DNA from: Euglena gracilis
Lineage: Eukaryota
Reading direction: 5' to 3'
Length of the DNA stretch: 64,000 bases
NCBI GenBank assembly: GCA_039621445.1
Contig: CP154954.1
Span: 47,967,847 to 48,031,846, forward strand
Of the stretch, positions 1 to 9,200 are shown in pieces. A program made the translations under genes and the position numbers. Numbering within the stretch: position 1 is the first letter of the stretch; each line of letters starts with the position of its first letter. The notes under the pieces are model-generated. The model saw only the letters and a program-made list of their open reading frames with translations. It had not been told where the DNA came from and searched no databases.

Positions 1-63
1 GCCAATAAGTATCCCCAGTGGGTCTTTGCCGTTGCAGCCCATCCCCCCCCCCCCCGCGCACAC

Positions 64-216
64 CCGGAGGACACTTCAGACTCCGCGTCCACGAACCGCA
101 AGTGCTTGGCGGGCATGCCCCGAGCCAGAGGGCCCTTCGGCGTGCCGCAGGGGAGCCGGAATGTGGAGCCCCGCCGCTCCTCGATGAGGCTGCCGACGTC
201 CCCGAACAGCGGGCCG
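64..216 (-). CDS. Exon: end of CNB-B and C-terminal extension (LGPLFGDVGSLIEERRGSTFRLPCGTPKGPLARGMPAKHLRFVDAESEVSS)
   Basis: Continues FELLL-GP in frame, like PKA-R 'FE..LGP'; AG acceptor at 217-218 and GTGTG donor at 63. Confidence 0.75.
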
Positions 217-3200
217 CTGCCCCCTCATCGGGTTCGGCGCTGGCATGGCCATCGGGGTTTCATTGGCGTCCTCAATTCAGAAAAACGAAAACGCGACAAA
301 CATAAAATCGTAACAAGGAAATAGGCAGCTGGGGGGCAAAGAAGCAACTCTCGGATTTGTGGTGGTGATGAATGCATTGGCGTTGGGGGAACCCACCCAA
401 AAATGGAGAACAAAAAATGAAAAGTGCTGTCCGCAGAAAAAACAACAACACAAAAAAAACATCTGAGCCCTTTTTAGATGATACATATTCAGGTGTTATT
501 TTTTCTTTATTTGCTCCTGGCCGTTGCTCTTGTAGACATACTCTCGCCAAGCCCACCTGTGAGGATTCCTAAATGGCGGGGTAGAACGGAGCAGCAGTCA
601 TATCCTTCCTTTGCAGCACTACAGAGCGATAATATATATGATATATTTAGAGAGGTTAGGCCACTTTCAATGAATCGGTCTTTGGCGGATGGTGATTGAA
701 AAACAGGCTGTCGGAAAGAGAGAAAGAAAAATACAGCACTTGCAGCTGCGGATGGAGCAGATGAGCTTCTGCGAAAGAAATCTAATTCGCACCACTTGCA
801 TTTGTATTGTTGATATTATTTGACGACCACTTCTGCTGTGGCATCATTCGTTTGGCAAACGTCTTTGAGCGTTATTAATTCTGATGTTGTTTGTCGGAGA
901 AACATGACATAAATTCTGTGCAGCTTCGAAAGGCATTTGGAATGAGAGGGCAGCAGTAGTTCAAACGTCTTGCGGTCCAACTTGGCAACATGCATCTGTT
1001 GAGAGGGGCGGCGGTGGCAACGGTGCTTTTAATCTAAAAGCGTTGCGGCCATACCATTGCTCTGCGACCCCCGGGGGGGAGGGGAGGGTCACTTTCCACT
1101 CTGAAAAAACCAGTCAGTCACTTTACCCCCTGGGGGGGATCGGCCACTCTTGAATGATGAGGAGGAGGCAATGAAAATCTATCAAAAAGTCTCAAAAATC
1201 AAAAAAAAATCGGGCGCCTTCGGCGCCAGCCCAGCCACTTTTTCATTTTCGGGCCCACCCCCCCCGGGGGGGGGGTTCTTGGCCAGAAAACCAGTCAGTC
1301 ACTCTGAAAAACCAGTCAGTAACCCCCCCGGGGGTGGGGTGGGATAGGTGTTAAGCAATGGTATGGTTGTGGCACATGACCACGCCATTTCATGATGGTC
1401 GCATTCTTTGCTGCTGCCTGGTTTAAACTTTTGACTTTTGAGAACACCAATCAATCGAAATCGAAGCCAGGATTGGGCAATAATCTGCGATACCTGCCGA
1501 TGTGTGAGCCCCTCTGAGCAGCACTAAGGCTTCTTTTCTGTTTATGGCCTGCGCTAACTTCGCTTCTGGCCCAGTTTGCTGTGTAGTGAGTGGCCACGTA
1601 CCCCTTACACCAGTGCTCTTGTGTTGCTCCGCCTGGCCGGATGAGTAAGTCTGGTGTATTTCCAGTGTGTGTGAGCCCCCCCCCCCCCCGGAACAGTCAT
1701 CTGACAGGTTGGCGAATAACGGCGGCCTTGACAACTTTCCATCATACAGGTTGGCAGTTACTGGGGACCCTGACAATTTCCAGGGAGGTTCTCCTTTTGG
1801 CTTTTGGGAGGGGACAAAAATTTTGGGGTGCCCCCTACTGACTTTCATAATTTGGATATAATCAAATACCAATAATATATCAATTTATTTGTCAACCCCC
1901 GAAATTTTCCCGCAATGCGCAATTATTACCCAAATTGGATCATTTCTCATAAAAAACTGACAGGTTCAACCTTTCAAGCCAATTACATTCGACCTGACAG
2001 GCTTGGGGACACCAGGAACATGACAACTTCCAATCATAACTTGTTGGCTGGTTCCGGGGACCTTGAAATTTCCTGGGTGGAACCCTGACAGGCTCGTACG
2101 GTCATGCCAGTTTCAGGGGGCGGGGGGGACATTTATAATAGACCTCTCCATGCCTGGCACCAAAGATAATGCTTCTGCGTCAGGGTTCGATATAAGGACA
2201 GGTGGGGGGGGGGTGGTCCGGACCCCCCCCTGCGGGCCCGGAGGGGGGGGGGGGTGGGGGGGGGCACCCCCCCCCACCTAAACAGGTGCGCGGTCAGGGT
2301 GGCCGAATTTTCGGCCCGGCGCGAAGCGCCGGGCCGAAAATTTTTGACCCCCCAAAACGACCAAAAGTGCCATTTTGGGCACTTTTTGGGCAAAAATGTG
2401 CCAAAAATGCAAAAAATTTTCGGCGCGAAGCGCCGGAGGAAAAAATTGACCCTTTTTTGGGGGGGTCAATTTTTGCCCCCGAGGGTCGGTCCGGACCCCC
2501 CTGGCAGGTGGGGGGGGGGGGGGGGGTCCGGACCCCCCCCTGCGGGCCAGGAGGGGGGGGGGGGGGGGGGGGGACACCCCCCCCCACCTAAACCATGTAC
2601 GCCCTCCTTATATCGAACCCTGTTCTGCGTGTGGAGATGACAATTTCATGCAGACCAATTAAAGCCCTTTACAAGAGCACCTGCGTGGATTTTCTCATCG
2701 AGTTTTATTGATTGCATGAACGAACCCTGGAAAAACTTGTTAAAATACACCAAAGATGCACAGATGCCACAGCACTTTGTGGACACCCCCAATTCTTTTC
2801 AGCCTCACTGCTAATTTGAAACGATGGCAGATGTGTATCACCCTGTATCACCCTGCCATCATACGAATTCGTCACCTGTTGAGTCTGTGGCTTCGATTCA
2901 CTATTCCGAAATACGTACATATATGAGCATGATTTATACCTTGCACACATCTTTTGCAGGCATACTGGGGTGACAGCCTTGCAGTCATAGAGGGGTGATT
3001 GGCCTGTCAGAAATTCGTTCTCCCCGATCAGTGTCAGGCGCCCAAGTTTGCGGATCTGCCAGAGAAATGGGGTAGAATGGAACTTGGCCAAACACATAGT
3101 CCATTAGAGAAGGAAAAGGCGAGGCAAATCGCACGACATAACAGAGCGAGTCAAAACAGCGGCGCATAAAGATATGAATGTTGACAAATGGAAAAACCAC

Positions 3201-6200
3201 AGCATGAAACCATTCCCACCAATTTGGTGGAGCTGAATCGATGTTGGAATTAGAAATTATCCAAAAGTTTCGATATTTTCTCTAAATTTTGTATTGTTAA
3301 TAATCCGGTGACAAATCAAAACAGTTTACAGGAGAGAGCATAGAAAATACTGCAAAAAATATGCATTCGCACTGATACCAGAACTGACCCTATGACGTCT
3401 GACAGGGTGGGCACTGGCAAACCCAATTGCAACGCAACAGACAGAGCACACTGGAACGCTCGCATCCGCTTCATCCGTGTGCTTGCGGATTGTGGCAAAC
3501 CCTTGGAGGACCAGATAGGCAGCACAGCAAGGCTGTGAGAGTGGGGGAGGGTTGCGGTCGGGGCACGGTCCATAGGAGGAGGGTCTCCACCCTCCTCAAA
3601 AGTCGGTCGACACCCTCGTGCACTGTTGTTCGAGGTATACGGGTGCCCTGCATGTGCAACTCCCTTTTGTTGCCGATGCCCATTCGTACGCAACTGTTCA
3701 GAGGGCCCTAAAATAACGAAATCCCATGTGTTGCGTATGTCCTGTGTGTGATACCTGAATGCATGTGCGCAGGAGGAGGTTCGAGACCCTCCTCGAATGT
3801 CGTTTGAGTCCGTTTGAGGAGGGTCGAGACCCTCCGCAAATGTCGTTCAAAATCGTTCTAAGCCCCCACTTTGAGCTCAAACGTTCGAGCTTGAACCTTT
3901 TCCCCCCCGTGAGATTGGAGAGGCACAATCATGCGGCTGCATAGACCCCCTCTCACAAAAAACCCCCAGGTTATAATTTGGATGTCAGGGTCCATGGTGG
4001 TATTTAGGAGGGTCATTAGTTGGGCAAATCTTTCGAAATCTAAAATCAATCCTAACGCGCCTCGCAAGGCTTTAAAACTCCCTATGAGGCATTTTAGGGC
4101 TCATTGCGCAATGGACGCCTTATTTACATACTTCTTGAACCAATTTCATCCGTTTTGTGATTTTTGCAACATTTCTGCTGATTTTTCCTCTTTATTTTTT
4201 TCTTTCTTCACAGCTGTCGACCTTTCTTCGTTGGGTCCAAATTTGACCCCTAATTCTGTCACACAACTGTTTCTAGATGATACAAACACACACCACTGCC
4301 ACCTCCCCACAACTTCATAAATGCCAACCTTGACACCCTCCAGACCACGAGGTGCAACTTGTGATGGGCTAATTTTTTTTCAGTTTCGGGAAGAGGGTGT
4401 GTGATGGGGGTTCCATTATGGGGGGAGACCAATACATATTGTCTTTGGCCACGAATGCTAAACTTTCGCAACGCCCACTCAAGAATTCGAAAAATTTGTG
4501 AAGCGATGTATTTTTGATTTGGCAACTCAGGCATCAACAATGTGACAACCTCCCAGGGTGGGAAGGTGACAACCTCACGAGGGTGATATTGCCAGGCGTT
4601 GCTTAGCGACCGCCGCGGGGGGGGGGGGGTCCAGCTCAGAGGCTGGAAATTTTGAGACGGCTGAGAAAAAGGCCGCTGGCTGCCCCCACTCTTCCCCATA
4701 TCGGAGTCCGCCAGCTGGAACTGGGCCTGACCCCAGTCGAACCGGGTATAAAAAAAAATCGAAACGCCAAAAATACCCAAGAAGCTGCCAAATATGCAAA
4801 AAATCGATCTTTTGACCCCTTATTTGCCCTGGCCAGCCCAAATCCGACCCTTTTTCGCCCATTTTTCGCCCATTTTTGCGCACACAAAAGCCAAAAATCT
4901 GTCATTTTCCAGCCGCCCTTCCGGCGGCTGGAAAATAACTCGTCGATGAGATGGGGGGGAGGGGGGCCGGGCAGGGATGGATGGGAAGCCTTGAAGGGGG
5001 GGGGGTGGGTCGGACCCCCCCCCTCCCGACACGGAGGGGGGGGGGTCGGACCCCCCCCCTCCTACCTCGAAACTGAGGGGGGGCCGAAATTTTTTCGATT
5101 TCATGGACGGGCAAAGGGCCGGAAATTGGGTCGGAATCGGTCAAAAAACCCTGATTTTTCTTTTAAAATCGATCCAAAAATGCTCATTTTTTGAAATTTT
5201 TTGAAGTTTTTGGGGGAAAACACCAACACATCAAAAAATGGGCAATATGGCCAAAAGTCAGCAAAAGGGTGTTTTTTGCTCATTTTCCGGCGCTGCGCGC
5301 CGGAAGAAAATGATGTCAAGGAGGGGGGCCCCCCCCCCTTCTAGGGGGGGGGTGGTCCGGACCCCCCCCCCTCCGGACCCCCCCCTACCATTATCCCCTT
5401 ATTATCTCTACTGGTTGGTTGTTTAAGGCATCTGGTCACTTCAGCTAAATGTTGTCACTGTCATCCATGAGTGCTAGGAACCTGAAGGAGGTGGGCCCCC
5501 CCCCCCCCAACAGTGGTCCACTTCACCTTACAGGGGGGTCGGAACCCCCCCCCCTACCACCTACCTCAATACCGAAGGGCTTCCCATCCATCCCTGGGGC
5601 CGGGGTTGGAAAACGGCTGGAAAAAGTCTACTGGCTGGCTGGAGGCCCCCTTGGTTGTGCTAAGGCAGGAGGTCCCCCCCCCCGGGAGGGATGGGTCCAC
5701 TTCAGCCTAAACAACGCCTTGGCAGGCAGCAACACCTATCACTCAGACCAGTCATCCAGGAGGAAAACGTGTGTAATTGCCCCGAGAGCAGGTGACCGGC
5801 ACCTGCCCGGCCCGCAGCAGGTGATCCTCCGGCTGCAGTCGGACCCGGTCGGGGAGCAGGGCCCTGCGCCTGCCAGGCGGCACACAGCAGGAAAGGACAG
5901 GCCGGGGGCAGGTGGCATTTGTCGCAGCGAGGGGTCCTGGGGGAAGGCCTCCACGAGGTAGTGCAGCTCCTGCAACGACAGCACCTGTGAGGGGGGTTGT
6001 GTTTATCGCGTGGGGTGCCAACCTGGGCTGAAATAGGGGCACAATGGGACGGAACTGGTCTTAAAATCATTTCTTTGCTACCCGCCCCCCCCCCTGGGCA
6101 ATTGTCGCGCGACAAATTGGGCAGCACGGAGGGGGGTGACAATTGCCCGGGGGCGTCAATTGCCCTGGGGCGTCAATTGCCCACCCAGTAGGCCACATGA

Positions 6201-9200
6201 AAAACCAAATGACCAAAAACGCCATCTAAAACACAAATGAATGCGCAAAAATGCAGCTATGGTTGTGATATTGTGCAGAGCATTTGGTATGTGAAAGTTC
6301 TCAGCACGTTGTAGCAAAATAGAAGATCAATCGAGTCGTGTCAGCGAAAAGAAAGTTCACAGACATCTTTTGTGGGGGGGGGGACAAATTGGGCAGCACA
6401 GAGGGGGGTGACAATTTCCCGGGGTGACAAATTGGCCGGCACAGCCAATGGTGACAATTGCCCATAAACTTTTTTTTTAAACTTCAAGGAATCTGTGCGG
6501 AAATTTGTGCATAAATCGATTCTGAGACACGAGGTTTGATTTGAAAGGGTTCAAAATTTGTCTCTGACTTCGTTTACCAGGGGGGCAGTTGTCAGCCCTG
6601 TGCTGCCCCACTTTGTTGCCTCCCAAAATTACCCCTTTCCTTCTGCTGACCCGTTTGTTGGGCAACGGTTGCACTGCGCTTGGGGGAGGGCAGGTACGTT
6701 GCCTGTGGGGAACAGCTGGAAACCCCTTCCCCGCCTGCCGTCTCAGCTCAGGGACCCTCAGGGAGGTGGGGTTCGAGTTTGAGCAACGTATGCACACAAA
6801 ACGGCAGGGCGGAAGAACGCTGGCGGGCGCGGCGCACGTGGGCGAAGCTGGACTGCGCCAGGCAGCGCACGAACGTCTGGATGCGCTGCTTCCCGAGGAA
6901 CGCCAGCAGGCGGCGGTACACCTTGCGCTTCATCCCATACGTGCGCACCGCTGCGGGAGGAGGGCAATTTTTTTTTAAAAAAAGAAAAAAAGAAACGAAA
7001 TTGGAGGTGGGATTTGCAGGGCTGCCTGCAACCACAGTTTGCCAGAAAACGCGCAGGCGCAGCTGTGGACCCTTGCAGTTTGGGGGCTGCGTACTGTATC
7101 CCACCACTGCCAGTGTTGACCGTCAAAAGCGACCAGCACGAGGGCACACCAGTCTTGGCTTGGACGGTGGAGAGGGCGCTGGTGCAGTTCTTCATTGCGC
7201 GGCTTCCCAGCGTGTTGCCGGGTCCAGGCGGTGCACGTCTGCAGCCACGTGCATTCTTTTTTCCCTTGGCAGCTCGTGACGGTTTTTTTTTGACCCAGCC
7301 CAGCGGTCAAATGCCAAAATGGGGGGCAACCCATCTGTTCGGGAGGGGGGGTTGTTAACGGTGAAAGGAGGCCTTGCCACCCGGGAATTGTCAAACTGAT
7401 TCCGGTCGAATTGCCAGCGTCCCCAGCCCACCGTCGGGTGCGACTCCGGCCGCCGGCCACTCCGCCATTCCGGGGAAGCCGGCCACGGCACATCGCCTGG
7501 CCGGGGCCGAGCACCCGGACGAAGGTGCCGTTCACGTGGGACTCCGTGCCCGGCCCCGCCTTGCGACCCAGCCCCGAAAGGCAACACAGCCTCTGCCCCC
7601 CCACCCCCCCCGGCGAGGGGACGGCTCGGCTGGAAGGCAAGGCCGGCGCGCACTGCCCCTCCATGATGACGTAGAACCACGTGGTGGCGACCGGGGCCGC
7701 CCCTGCCGGGGGGGGGGGGGGGGGCTTGTGCTTCGGGGGGCCGGCCCATAACAGGTGCCCCCCCAAGGGGGTCGGTTTGGATGTGGGGTGGGATGCTTCG
7801 GCGTGCCCAGGCTTCTTTTCATGACCTCCAGGGACGCCCGAAGAGGAATCCCCAGGAAAGGCTCAACGGAGAGAACGCCATTAAAACAACCCTTCAAGCC
7901 CCCGTTCTTCATGATGGTCAAACTTGTCTTGCAAATTGCGGGTGTGTGCCGAGGTTTTTTTGCCTTGTGTGCCTCACAGGTCAAAACCTCAGCACTACAT
8001 CACCAGCAGTCAACAATTGGCAAAGAAAAATGAACGGGTCCGGCAACGTTTTTTCTTTGAGTGGCCTCAAAGTCCCTCAACGCTGATTCCTCTGCGTAAT
8101 TTACGTGACCGACAATGTTGTTGACATTTTTTTGTCGGAAATATCCAAAATATTGGAAATATTGGTAGTTTGACTCATGTCGGGGGTCGGATTTTTGACC
8201 AGCAATTCATCACCTATATCATCTCCCCCCCCCCCCGTCAACCCACCCCCTTCGGCCGACCAGCCAAACTGATCCTGCTTTGCCACCAGGGGTCGCAAGA
8301 TTCACAAGTGGATGGGGGGGAGTATGAACCCAGAGGCCCTATTTCCTGGGAGCCTCAGGAGTTGGCCTAAACCTCCAAAAACAGTAAAACAAAATCATAA
8401 ACATTTCTGGCGAAAATTCATCTGAAACGAATGAAAGGGCGTTTTTAAATTAAAAAAAAAGAAAAGGCGCTGGTAAATTATTGCCCTGGCGAAATTTGGT
8501 GCAAATTTTGCCAAGGAAATGCGTTTTCTCAACAATTTTGGAAGGGTCAAATTTGCAGGAACTGATACCCCCCCCCCCCGGAGACTGGGGTCAAGCATGC
8601 CTGAAAATTCAGCCTTGGTTCCAACCCAGCCAAATTTCCCTTTAAACAAAATTTTTTCTGCCACCCGGCAGGGGAGGGTCGAAAAGGTCTTGCTGCCTGA
8701 CCCTACCCCTTCCCTGCCTCGCGGTGGTGCGACACCTCTCAGAAAGGTAAGCTGGAACCCCCACGTATGGGAACCAGACTTCTTTTCACCAACCCCGGGG
8801 GGAGGGAGGTGCCTTGTGCCAGGGGTGCCTGCCCACAGTGGGCACCCCCCGGGGGTCGGTATTGGGTCCCGGTGCCCGCCGACGAAGCGAATATTCCGTC
8901 GAAAACGGCCATATTGCCTTCGGCGCCGGGGGGGGTGTGCCATAGCACCCAGCCCGAAGCTGGATTCCTCCAGGGGGGGGGGGTCGAAATGCCCTACCTC
9001 CCTGTCTGCTCCCAGCACCTGGAATCTGTCCACCGGCAAGTCGCCAAGAACCTGGGACCCTGGCAGTGGACCACAACGGCACCTCACACTGTTTGGGACA
9101 AATACGCACTCCGTTAACTTTCCCGGGTTGGGATCCCGTTTTTGAATTGCGGGTAACGTCCCACCCCTCCGTGTATGGAATGCCTCAAGTCAACTTTTTG

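Noticed and set aside
3570-3840. Short GAGGAGGGTCGAGACCCTCCTC-type palindromes
   Set aside because: Three or four degenerate intronic copies with no definable termini or TSD; probably MITE debris.
5440-5490. Possible CNB-B exon FLALMD after a cag acceptor
   Set aside because: It lies inside the TSD-flanked MITE 4972-5596 and is out of phase; AITHVFLL at 5751-5783 fits better.
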